A DNA stretch of 63,280 nucleotides, the filler included, from Folioceros fuciformis (taxonomy: Eukaryota), in NCBI GenBank assembly GCA_049999805.1. It is 8 parts of 8 records of this genome, joined end to end, with 100 filler letters (N's around TTAATTAATTAA, not from the genome) between each part and the next. Parts side by side here need not be neighbours in the genome. Positions count along the whole stretch, not along the records: positions 9,678 to 16,758 come from JBNGIO010003596.1; positions 16,859 to 26,633 come from JBNGIO010003598.1; 6 more parts are not named here. One strand, given 5' to 3'. The notes beneath the pieces were generated by a model. It was not told the DNA's origin and did no database searches. It worked only from the letters and a program-made list of their open reading frames with translations. Positions 11,361-22,526 of this stretch are shown here, one piece after another. Every line of letters starts with the position of its first letter. The first letter of the stretch is position 1. The translations under genes and the position numbers were made by a program.

Positions 11361-14300
11361 CTTGTTATTTACTGTTGTATGTATACTCAGTGTAATATAT
11401 CCGTGGACTATGCACATGTCGGTCAGCGCATAGAAGGTATCTGCTTGAAACTCTAGTGTGTACTCCAGTGACTTCTGAGGTTCTACGTCTGGATAGCCGA
11501 TAAAGTCACCGGCCTTGCGACACTTGACTGCTTTGTAATGAAGCCCACACCTGGGGTGCACAGCACGACCAAACTCTCACCCCCCTGCCGACTGGAGCTG
11601 GGAACGGCGTAAGGTAAGTGACACCCGGAGTCTGAAACAGCACGTTGGTTAACTCAACAACGACACTGAGAATGATTTGGCACTTCACAGCTTACCTTTT
11701 GAGTTCCACACTCTTGAGAGCGATCGCTCCTGAAGTCAAGCCATGACCTTGTAAGGAAACCATTACAGTCATTCACGCATCATGGCTTAGACCTCATTGC
11801 TCTCATTGTTAACCTTGCAATAAGTCATTGCCTTCTTTACATGTGGTCACTAGCCCATGATCAGAGCAGCCCATTCCGGTTTTCATATCTGACAAGGTTT
11901 GTGCAGGGAGTAGACAAAATTACTGCAGATGGATGGCCGAAGGCCAGCCATGTGGTTGAGCACGAGAAAGTGCCTACGATTTTGGAATATGCAACGACTG
12001 TTGAAGGGTGAATGTCTCAACGATCCAGAGCAGTAACCAACAAAAAATAAAAATAAAAATTGTGCACTGGGATATCTCACCTCATGCGTTCGAAGTATCC
12101 TGCACCGACGGGATGACTCAGTGACCCCTAATGTGCCGAGTTGAGAGGTACCAACTTATTCAAACTGCAACCGTCAACATGTCATCCATACTATACAAAG
12201 CTGCAATCTACCTGCCTGAGCAATATGAGCGTGTGCACACGACCCACCGCATCTGCAATCTCTACATTTTTCCAAGCCTGATATCCACAATCATCTTTCC
12301 ACACCCGTTGCAAATTTCACATTTGAGTTCCGACAGGCTTCGATACAGGCTGAGGACCAGAACCAACTCCTTGGCAGCGAAATTCTCCGACGGAGTTGGC
12401 CTTCAGGTGGTAGGTATCTTCGAGCATGAGATGGTACGTGCACCTCAACAACACTCCTGGAAGGCGACCCTGTAGCTTCAGAATAGACGTATGACCAGCA
12501 ACCCGTCCTCATCTCGCTGTAATACATGCGTACCTGTCAAGGATGACGTACAGCTGGGCAAGAATGCAGAGAAGCTTCTTAGCACCACTGGTTACGATGA
12601 AAGGAGAGGCAAGGATCAAGCCTAGTCAGTGTCAGCAGACAGACTCCCAGCCCATATGTACCCAACAATAAGGTAAGACTTGAAAAAGGTACTTTACAAG
12701 GCACTCGCTTTTGCTGCCTTCCCACCTGTGATACAGGCCACCGTTCCTGACACCTCGCCTGCAGGTGATGGTATTCACAGCTTTTTGAAGGTGTGCAGAA
12801 GCACGTATGTGGCCATCCTCACGTCTCCGTCTCCTCCTTCCTGGCTCCCCACATCTGGTGAGCGTATCCTGAGACAATGTTTACCTTCCTGACAACTTAC
12901 TGCACATGGGATACGTTCACTATGCCAAGTGATCCCATCTTTCTGTCAGTTTACCGATTTCTCAACTTCGTCTCCTGCACGGTTGCTTGCCAACACAGAA
13001 CGCCCTTACCTGCAATCCCTTGCAAATATCACAGATGACAAGATAAAGCAGACTCTAGACCTGACTAGGCCGAGCCCTCGATCTCCACATGGATCTTGGC
13101 AAGGAAGCTGGCTGAGGGATGACAAAGAGAAAGGTCTGCCTCGTCTTCCTCAGCTCCTGAACAAAGATACTTCAGATCTGTCTCCTCNNNNNNNNNNGAG
13201 GGACATTGGACAAGTCACAGGTGCGTAAGGTCCTCTATTTCCCAACTACTGAATGCACCTTCTCTGGTCTGCCCACGCATGATTCATCGCAGAATGCTTG
13301 TCCCTGTGTGTCTGGAGCTCCAAACAGGGAAGAAACGGACTCTAACTCAAGCCTCGGCCAGAGATGATCACATACCTGCACGATCGGCAGCGGTAGCCCA
13401 GGGGTGTCCAGCTCCTGGGAGTGAGTAGGTACCACAAGAGTTGGGATCATCGCTAGGCTACTGCTGCAGATCAGACAGAGTAGGTGATATGAGGGCGGAA
13501 ATAGCAGCGGCCCGCTTGCGGAAGGTAGGAGCTTCTGGCCAGGCCCAGTGCTGCAGGCGTGACAGCCGCAGGCGCTGCTCAGCGTGTTACCTGGCTTCTC
13601 CGGTATTCGAGGTGGACTTGAAATAGGAACAGAGAGCTCGGCTGGCACTCGTTCGAAGCTCCAAGTGGCGTGAGCTCGGTTGAAGCCAAATGTTGTGGAG
13701 CAGAGGTGGCAGTTACCAGTTGGTGGATGTGGGATTGATCAGATTAAAGGCTATCCAGGCACCGTCCAAGCTTGTTTGCAGCTTTTACATGCTGGCCATG
13801 GCATCCGATGGCCACATCCACAAACAGAGGTAAACATCATGCATTGCCATCCGGAGTCCTGCCATACTTTGTCAGGTGCCATAATTTCCGTTTAGGCTTC
13901 GCCTCCCATTGTACCAACGAGATCGAAAGCAATTGCAATTCCGGTAGCGGTGCTGGTATGGACTTGTTGTGAGGCTGTTAACAGCGTGCAGGTCCACTAG
14001 AGCCCCTGGGCCAGCTTCATCCCTTCCCGTATTATATCCGTGAATCTGTATGACCACAGCCACAGACTTCAGGGTTGGCAGTCTGACATTTTTCATAGGT
14101 GAGAGAGCTGGACGAGGAGGTTGTGGAGTGCTGCACCATTCACATTATTCCCCACAAGTTATGGGGCCCTCCAGCGTGCAGAGATGTTCAGGGAGGCCTA
14201 CAAGTACAGTTGGGCTGGACGGGCATGCGCAACTATTCTGCTCTGAACTGCCTGCCGGATCTGGAAAACTTGAGGAATGGCAGGTTCATGGCTCCAGAAG

Positions 14301-14707
14301 TCCGGAAGGGCAACAACATTATCAAAGGCGGGTGCTATTTCTATGCGGATTCCTTTTCGTGTCCAGAAGCATACACGTTGGTGCGTGGGCCCGTCTCTTA
14401 GCGCGTGCCGCATGTGAGGTGAAGGACGAGAGGACTGTAGGCAGAACACTAGTTGTAGATGGCGAATTCCAGCAGAAGATGAGGAAACGACATAGATCAC
14501 CTGTGGGCAGTGAAGCAACGCGTTGAATCCAAATCAAGGGGAGGAATAGGTGGCGCGCAGAACTGCAACAGTTTCTGCCACCCAGTCCACCTGCTGCGCC
14601 TATTCTGAGACCCACGCTGGGGCTGCAGTTGCTGATGCCTCAGCTGCTTTAAATCTGCAGCGCTCGCACGCCTCACTCCGGCCCCCGGTTTGTTGTGCAG
14701 AGATGTG

Positions 14708-15973
14708 ATGGAGGCAAGGCGGCCGGTGTGTCTGGTCACAGGAGGTCGGGGCTTCTTAGCGCGCCACCTCGTATCCCAGCTCATCGGAGCCGGGACATGG
14801 AGCGTGAGGATTGCGGATTTGGGTGAGGCCATCGTGCTCTCCCGGGAAGAGCTCGGCGGGCCGCTCGACCAGGCGCTCCGGAACGGGCTGGCTCACTACA
14901 CTTCCGTGGATGTCCGAAACCGAGCCCAGGTGTTCCAGGCTTGCAAGGGTGTGCTCGCGGTATTCCACACGGCGGCCCCGAGCTCCTGCATCGATGACCG
15001 GGTCCTGCACTTCGACGTGACGGTGGTGGGCACCCAGAACGTGATCGACGCCTGCCAGGCGTGCGGGGTGAAGACGCTCGTGTACACCAGCTCCCCCAGC
15101 GTGGTGATGGACGCGCACGGGCGCACCCCCCTGGTGAACGCGGACGAGAGCGTCCCCTTGGCCAAGGAATTCCAGGACGTGTACGCGGAGGCCAAGGCGC
15201 AGGCAGAATCCTCGGTGCTGAGGGCAAACGGACGCGCCGGACTCCTCACGTGCGCCCTGCGGCCATTTGGGATTTTCGGGCCAGGCGACCAGCTCGCCCT
15301 ACCATCCCTGGTGGCGGGAGCCCGGTCGTGGAAGATGAAGTTCGTTCTGGGAGACGGCGAAAACCTCTTCGACTGGACGTACGTGGAGAACGTAGCCCAC
15401 GCTCATGTCTGCGCCGAGAGGGCGTTGTCCGCCGGCCAGGCGGGCGGGAAGGTGTATTTTATCACGGATGCTCGGCCGCAGAGATTCTGGGACTTCGTGG
15501 GAGACTTCCTGTCCGCAATGGGCTACGCGAGGCCCAGGTACAGGCTCCCCATGAAGCTGCTAATTCCCCTGGCGCATGTTGCAGCCTGGCTGGGCCGGCG
15601 GATGGGGATGAGCGTGGGGCACTTCAAACCCTCCAGGTTGAGATTGGTGTCGGGGACATGGACCTTCAACATCTCCCGGGCCAGGCGCGAGCTGGGGTAC
15701 AAGCCCGTGGTGGATCTGGATGAAGCCATGCGCAGGACCGTGGAGAGCTTCTCCCATATCAGGGCCACGAGTTCTGCAGCAACGCTGCCACCTGCTTCTC
15801 CTTCTCTTCACGCACAGGCTCTGCTTGCGCACTGGGATGCCTTGGCAACCCGAGTGACTACAGCATTACGATTCGTCATCACCCTCATCACCCACTTGTG
15901 GAGTCTACTTGTTTTGCTCTGCATTGGCCATGCCCACGGTTATTCAGTTGGACCTGACGTGCATCGTTTGTAG
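14708..15973 (+). CDS. 3-beta-hydroxysteroid dehydrogenase/C4-decarboxylase-like (ERG26/NSDHL family), intronless
   Basis: Rossmann motif VTGGRGFLARHL, VYTSSPSVV, catalytic YAEAK (YxxxK), TCALRP.GIFGPGD, FDWTYVENVAHAH, and a hydrophobic C-terminal tail; single open frame. Confidence 0.92.
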   Translation: MEARRPVCLVTGGRGFLARHLVSQLIGAGTWSVRIADLGEAIVLSREELGGPLDQALRNGLAHYTSVDVRNRAQVFQACKGVLAVFHTAAPSSCIDDRVLHFDVTVVGTQNVIDACQACGVKTLVYTSSPSVVMDAHGRTPLVNADESVPLAKEFQDVYAEAKAQAESSVLRANGRAGLLTCALRPFGIFGPGDQLALPSLVAGARSWKMKFVLGDGENLFDWTYVENVAHAHVCAERALSAGQAGGKVYFITDARPQRFWDFVGDFLSAMGYARPRYRLPMKLLIPLAHVAAWLGRRMGMSVGHFKPSRLRLVSGTWTFNISRARRELGYKPVVDLDEAMRRTVESFSHIRATSSAATLPPASPSLHAQALLAHWDALATRVTTALRFVITLITHLWSLLVLLCIGHAHGYSVGPDVHRL

Positions 15974-15986
15974 CCTTCTTTCTCGC

Positions 15987-16060
15987 TCTCGCCCTCGCCC
16001 TCGCCCTCGCCCTCGCCCTCACCCTCGCCCTCGCCCTCGCCCTCGCCCTCGCCCTCGCCC
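15987..16060. repeat. (CGCCCT)n microsatellite
   Basis: Directly visible just after the 3-beta-HSD stop codon. Confidence 0.9.
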
Positions 16061-16758
16061 GCACATCCATCCACTTCCCACCAAGAACGCTCGCTCGGAA
16101 GGGCCAACACGACCTCTTCTGGGCTAAGCTCCTGCCGGAGAAGGGACCGCCACTCCACACAGTTTTGTGTCCACACTCTCGTAGGCATCCGTTATAAATT
16201 AATATTATTCATGCATTGCATGTACCATTTTTATCCCTCTGCAGGGAGGGGAACCTTTATGGGGCCCTGAGCATATGCCCAAAAGGTATAAAGACGTCTC
16301 CATGCGCTGATGATTGCCTTTTTCATGGGGAACCTGTCATGGCTTTGCAATCCCTTTGCAAAAGGTGGTAGCCTTCCTTCCACATTGGCATGTGAGGAAA
16401 GTCAGGATTATTTACAACGATAAATTTTGAAAAACAGCAAGTGATTCAGATAACCATTAATAATCTGCATATGAACATGAGTAATGGTAACCAGATCTAC
16501 GCCCTAATTTTGCTAGGTTTTGTTAGAATTGCATGAGCATCCAGCTCATAGTATAGTGTTCAAAGATGGCTCTTGCACCTTCAAGTGATTCATTTTATCC
16601 CTCAATTGAAGTAGGGTGTCACATCCTTTCGGACTCTGCATCCCCTTCTCCTCAATTGTCTCCCAGACTGTCTTTTTCCACTAATCAAGCTTCACCAAGC
16701 CAAAAGAATCCCTCAACTTCACATGAGACTCTTTTATGTGTGAAATTCAATCAAGACT

Positions 16759-16858
16759 NNNNNNNNNNNNNNNNNNNNNNNNNNNNNNNNNNNNNNNNNN
16801 NNTTAATTAATTAANNNNNNNNNNNNNNNNNNNNNNNNNNNNNNNNNNNNNNNNNNNN
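16759..16858. other. Artificial scaffold linker
   Basis: 44N-TTAATTAATTAA-44N. Confidence 0.97.
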
Positions 16859-17934
16859 CGCCTTTACAAAGACCGCACTAAAAGCGGGCACAATGTTTTT
16901 TTTGCTTTAGGATAGTCTATGAAAGTCACACTTTAAAGTTTGAAGTTTGACTTTCATAGACTAATTGTCGAATTTGGGGAGTCCCTTATGAGTAAGGGAA
17001 TCGAGGGGTTTTTGGGCAATGGGTGGCCTTATGTTTCTCTTTTTAAGACTGTAGCCCTATGTTTTTCTTTTTAAGACTATGGCTAAAACGGCGGGTGTGC
17101 ACCACGGGGAGTGAGTGGGCTTGTGATGAAGTACTTACAAAGTCTTGTTGTAATTAGGTTTGAAATGTTATTTGTTGTGTTAACATACTCTAGCAAAATA
17201 TGCTTTTGGGCTAGCACTTGTCCCATAAAGTGGAGTTGTATCTTCATGTGCTTTATTCTAAGCTTGGAGGGTGTTCTTGTGATTCATGTGACTTCATACT
17301 CTCGGATAATGAGAGACATACAGTTTGCATCTTCTTGCATCTCTATGAAACCAATGAGCCATTGATTAGCCTACTCTATGCTATCAGCCTACTCTATGGT
17401 ACTATCAACCTGCACTTGTTTAGATCTCTTGCCCACTCTACATATGAGTATCAACTTGTAGGTGTTTGAATCTCGTGCCCAGTCTGCATCCGAGTACAAA
17501 ATCACTTCTAGCTTGTTGTTGAGGGGGTTAGCTATGTAGGCAAGGCCTAATGTCTTGTAGGCCTTCAAATAACTCAAGATGTCCTTTACTCTAGTATAGT
17601 GGGCTCTACCTAGGTTGGACAAAGATATGGACACCACATTCACACTTGAGAGATGTTTGGCCTTGGCTAGATAGTGAGGTAGAGGAGGCTAATAATGACC
17701 TTGTTGTAGAGCACTTATGACATCTCATAGGTCTCTTCAAGAGTTGTTGGGCAATCTTCGATTGATACCTTCTCTTCTACAGACATTAGAGTGAAGATTG
17801 GCTTAGTGTCTTTCAACTTGAACCTATCCATCTTAGGGCTTGTGCTTGAATTGTACAAGGGGAAATTGGCTTAGTGTCTTTCAACTTGAACCTATCCATC
17901 TTAGGACTTGTGCTTGAATTGTACAAGGGGAAGT

Positions 17935-19560
17935 CCGGTCCTACAGAGTTATCTTAGTACGTGGGCTCTTAGAAAACCAAGGCAAAGAAGTGTTAGAGAT
18001 TCAATCCTCTACTACTTACTCTAGCATGTTAGGATATACTAGGATGTTGCACTACCGAGACTAGGTCTTACCTTCTCGATAGTTGCCCCTGTCCAAGGGC
18101 TACAGATGTAGCACCTTGTACACCATATTGTGTGGTACTATAGAGCTTACATTACATGTATGACTAGCCCTTCTATTCACGTAAGCTAGTGGTGCTATTG
18201 TGTGTGCGATCCATTGCCTTTACTTGCGTCTGCTAACTGTGTTGATCTTGTACGGTTACCTAGGCCGTGTTGTGTCTAAGCTGTTTCTTGCAAGAAGATA
18301 TGGTGATAGATCAAGGAGCATTGCAACCGATTGTGATCATGGTCTTGACACGAACCACCTAGGTAGGATGTTAGAGCATAGTGGATGAGCTACCCACACG
18401 AACCCCCTCGGTAGGATGTTGGAGCATAGTGGATGAACTAGCCAGGAAGCAACAACTTGCAAGCTTATCATTGAGGCAATGTTGGTTTTGCTTAGTAGAG
18501 AATTGAGAGCTAACCTTGTGGCCAGACCTCTTTAGGTAACCTAAGTGCTTGGGAAGCAAATGAGATTGCTCCAAGTTGCTTTTTAACTTACAAATTGTAG
18601 ATGTTTATCACTTGCTGGATTAGCCGTAGAGGAACATACAGCATAAGCCGATGGTTCCCATATTGAGATTATCTAAGCAGCATCAAAGCTATGCTATCAA
18701 CCTCCTATGGCTAAGTATCATATCAATGGTCAAGCTTTTGATTTGGTGTTAGCGTAGTGGAGCGGCCTGCTAATGTCAACCAAGGAAGAATTTTGTAGAA
18801 CATCCAAAGGTGGAGCACCTAACAAAAGTCAACACTTGTTCAATAAGTGTGAATATGCTCAAGTAAAGATCTAGAGGGAGGCAGCCAAGTGGCTATAGCA
18901 TCTCTTCCTTATCATGAGTGTGGAAATTTTAGAGCAAACGATACTCTTTGATTTTAGAGCAAATGATACTCTTTGGATTAGATGAGGCAAGAGGCAAACC
19001 ATTACTTCAACAGCAATGGTAGGGCCTACAATGAAGTTCTTGTATCTCTAGTCTATGGCTCAATTGGATGGCAATGGTTTGTTGGGGGGAAAGCAACCGT
19101 CATGTACTAAGACTATGCACTCGTGTGTTTGGGAACACCTTCTGATTGCTACATAGGGGAAAAGGGCTCACAAGTTCAAGAGCAAGGATTGGAGACCTGT
19201 GGGGTTCTTTGTATCGAGGAGAAAGGGGAAGTGGAATCACATGTGCCCATGGAGAGGATAAATCTTCTCAATTCTTTTGTTAGTTGTTAGTTGTGGGGCC
19301 CTTAGGTCGATAACGGGCCCAGCACTTGCTCTAGTTCATAAAAGCTCCCTCTACTTAATTAGGACAGAGACAATAAGTAAGAGGGTTGACTTGACCCAAC
19401 AGTTGTCTCTACTTAGGGTTAGGACAAAGACAATAAGTAAGAGGCTTGACTTGATCCAGGGGTTGCCTCTACTTAGGGTTAAGACAAAGACAATAAGTAA
19501 GAGCGTTAACCTAACCCAAGTCCACCACTTACACCTTTTGTAATCTTGTAAACAACGTAA
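17935..19560. mobile_element. ~1.6-kb degenerate insertion nested within the copia RT (LINE-like or unclassified)
   Basis: Copia RT homology stops near 19560 and resumes near 17830-17930. The intervening DNA has its own internal repeats, and a 68-bp duplication (17797/17865) lies at its left edge. Confidence 0.5.
19349..19522. repeat. Three ~60-bp tandem units
   Basis: ctctactta...gacaataagtaagag at 19349, 19407 and 19467. Confidence 0.88.
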
Positions 19561-22001
19561 TAATTTGATTTTTTTTTTTCACAAAAGTTTTTTGATTAGG
19601 AATTGCATATTTGAGGCATCCTATGTTAATTACATTGTATTCTCTTTTGATAATGAATCTTTCACCTCTAAGACTTGCATTACTAAGATATCCATACCAA
19701 ATATGAAATTGTTCTCGAAGTATAGGATGATGATGATAAACTTCCCTTGCTTGCTTAGGATATAAACAATGTTGTTCGAAGTGAGAGGTGTGAAACCCAT
19801 TTGAAAAAAAATAGAGATCAACTATTTCATTTCAAACTTGTGCTAACTATTTTAGGCTGTACGAGGGACTTCAAAATTTTACATGCCTTGTGAAGGTCCT
19901 CAATGAAAGCCATGGGTTGTAGAATATAAATGTGTTAGTGCTCTGTACCATAACAGAATGTGTTATTTATATCAACTTGATGAAGATGCAAGTGATATTA
20001 AGTGGCAAGAGCTAGGAGTATGCAAATGGAAGTAAACTTCATGACTAGGCTGAAATTTTTCATAATCAAACTCTGGTATTTGTATGAAATTATAAGCAAG
20101 CAACCACACTTTGAATCTTGCTACTATACCATAAGAGTTAAGCTTCCACTGTAAAAATCACTTATAGAAAATTATCTTCTCTCCTTCAAGTAGGTCTATG
20201 AGCTTCCAAGTTCCATTTGATACGAGCTTTTTTTTTTTTTTTTTCTTAATTTAACAACTCCTACCTACTCTAGAGTGTGCAGGACTTTTTCCATTGTGAG
20301 GGGTACACGTAGTGTTTTGAGTGTTGAAAAGGCTTGGTGAAGAATAAGCTAAACGGAGTTAATGTTTAGATCATAGGTGTTAAGCGCACTACTTCCTCCT
20401 TTTCTATTGTGGTAGCTACTAATCAAGCAAATGAGTCTCATAATACATTTAATCTCATTGTACTTTCTCGGGTTTTAGGGTGTGGATGAAAAAGCTTGTA
20501 AACTTTAGCCTAGTTGGAGTACCTTGTGAACACGAGTTTGCGTACCTTACCATCCCACTTCCTCCAAATTTCATTCACAATGTGTGTGAATGCAAGGCTA
20601 GTGAAGGTGTGAGAAATTTGGAGCTTGTGTCCACTCCATCTCTCAAAAGCAATGGTATTAGGTAGTTTCTCATTTGGAAGCCTAGAAGTAGACAGGAGTA
20701 AAAACTACCTCAACCCAATAGCTCTTCAAGAGCCAAGCTAAGTTAAAGCAAGGAATGGGAAATCTTTGAGTAGGGATTGGGTTCAGGGTAGTTCCTAAAT
20801 TAAGAATAAATTCATTAAACTATATTTCCAACTTCGGGCAAACCGGGCCCAGTCGTCCCTCCCAGTGCCCTTGGAAGCGAACAAAGCCGTGAGTCAAGGT
20901 TTTGTACAGCTTTCCTGACTCTAGGAACGTCCAAAACGAACTGCGCAGTGTGGGTCTGGGTCTGGGTATGGCCCGCCTTGTGAAAGGCCCTTGAGCTGAG
21001 ACCCATTCTCGTGTGAGAACCCATTTGGACGCCTTCCGGGTGGAAACCCCTTGTGGGCCACATCGCTGTTAGAAGCCTCTCGCGGTCACTTTGCCGTTAG
21101 AAAGGATAACGCCTCTTCCCAAACGTCGCACCCTGCAGCGCCTCCCCAGGCTTTTTCCCAAACGTCGTACATATAATTCACAAGTTCCTTCCGTCGTAAT
21201 CTTCCTCCTGCTTCAAACGACCTGACGGATATTCATCACTCCATACCATAAATGGCCCTTCACCAACATGTCAGGATTTTACAGCCTGGCACTTAAATGG
21301 GCTGCTGACCAATACCAAAGCGTACGGAAGAATCCAGATGCACACTATAGCTGTGTCTGTTGGCTCCGTCGATTCGTCAGCAGACCCAAAAAATCTGACC
21401 ACCGGAAAAATCTTGCTGCGAGCTATCCGAAAAAATTCAGGAGAAAACAAGCTGCTGATGTAGATGCTTAAACACTTGAACGTATGCTGCTTTGCTTCCT
21501 TGTGAGCTACACCTTGCAGCGTTCTAGCTCTCTCAGATACCTGCCGGGAAATTTTTCGTCCAGGCCTTTCACATAGCGACTTAATATACACTGATGGCTG
21601 CGCATCGCAGCGTTCTTTTGCACAGACGGAATTGTATCGCGGGACCCTACCAAATACGACTGAATCTGCAAACTTGCGAGGAACGATAGGAAAGCTTCGG
21701 TGCGGAAGGAGCGAATCCTCCGACCCAGGTGATGCTGGAATCTCGTGGCCATTTCCTTCAAGGACACCAACATCTCACCAGGAAACAAAACAAACAGTCG
21801 CAGGAGCACAAACTAGCAATAATCTGTTCATTATCCCAAGTAAGTGCCGCAGAGGAAGAGTGGACATTCAAGTACAGAGGCTTAGGAGCAGAAACACAGG
21901 CCAGAATTCATAAGCTGAGAAGTGGAGGAGTATGTAAGGAGGCACACAACCTTAGCTATAGTACACTAATATGTATGTAAGTAAATGGCCGCATCTCCAG
22001 C

Positions 22002-22526
22002 TCAATCCGGTCCCCCAGTCAAGGACGGATGTAGCGGACTCTTGGCAGGTAGCTTACTGATGCGATTGCCAGCAGCGTCATAAAGGATCAATCCGGAAAA
22101 CGCCAGCGGCTCACACTTCTCCCCAAGCAAGATGTGCTTTTGCCAGAGGGAAGGGTGAGACAGATCCTCCTCGGAGTAGTCGAGGTATTCATCCTCTTGC
22201 CCGGCCATATAGCTCATCTCCGGGGTGACTCCATCTGCGTACGGGTGGTACACTTCCTTCTTCCCCGACCCGCGCGAAGAGGTGAGTCCTTTCCTTCCCG
22301 CCCTCGGGAATCCGAAAAGGCGTTTGGCAAAAGACCGTCCCCCGGAACCAGCAGACGCGCCGCTCGAACTGCTGCTACTGCTGACGGAGCTGGTGGAGCG
22401 GTGATCGCAGGAAGAAGGACTCCAAGGCGCATCCGATAGCTCCCCGGACGACGAGTGGAAGACATTGTTCCTATCCACACTGGGAGCCACACACTGCATC
22501 CACTTCGACACGCTGAACCACCTCAT
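22002..22526 (-). CDS. Small intronless plant-specific protein of unknown function (174 aa; C-terminal WQ..ILxGEKC.P..FSG.I.YD..GN motif)
   Basis: ATG at 22526 to stop at 22002. LWQKHILLGEKCEPLAFSGLILYDAAGNRISKLPAKSP matches a conserved land-plant C-terminal motif; the N-terminal half is Ser-rich and disordered. Confidence 0.8.
   Translation of the reverse strand: MRWFSVSKWMQCVAPSVDRNNVFHSSSGELSDAPWSPSSCDHRSTSSVSSSSSSSGASAGSGGRSFAKRLFGFPRAGRKGLTSSRGSGKKEVYHPYADGVTPEMSYMAGQEDEYLDYSEEDLSHPSLWQKHILLGEKCEPLAFSGLILYDAAGNRISKLPAKSPLHPSLTGGPD

Larger units (their letters stand above)
17110..20750 (-). mobile_element. Decayed Ty1/copia pol (integrase C-terminus, RT, RNase H), split by an insertion at ~17935-19560
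   Basis: Minus-strand remnants: integrase tail AFERWSGHK...RKWDGKVRKLVFTRYS (~20450-20660); RT NGTWKLIDL...ARFKVWL...LHQVDINN (~19950-20230) and FFQMGF...IIILYF (~19630-19820); RT end SNLGRAHYTRVKDILSYLK and YSDADWARD (17480-17640); RNase H KHMKIQLHF (~17230-17255). Many stops and frameshifts. Confidence 0.85.

Noticed and set aside
8643-15973. Apparent brassinosteroid/sterol cluster (BES1 near 3-beta-HSD)
   Set aside because: An artificial scaffold linker at 9578-9677 separates them, so adjacency is not biological evidence.
19410-19485. TTAGGG telomere-like motifs
   Set aside because: Single hexamers inside a 60-bp repeat, not a telomeric tract.
21268-21913. Short ORFs behind a GC-rich promoter-like region
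   Set aside because: I could not splice them into a recognisable protein on either strand.
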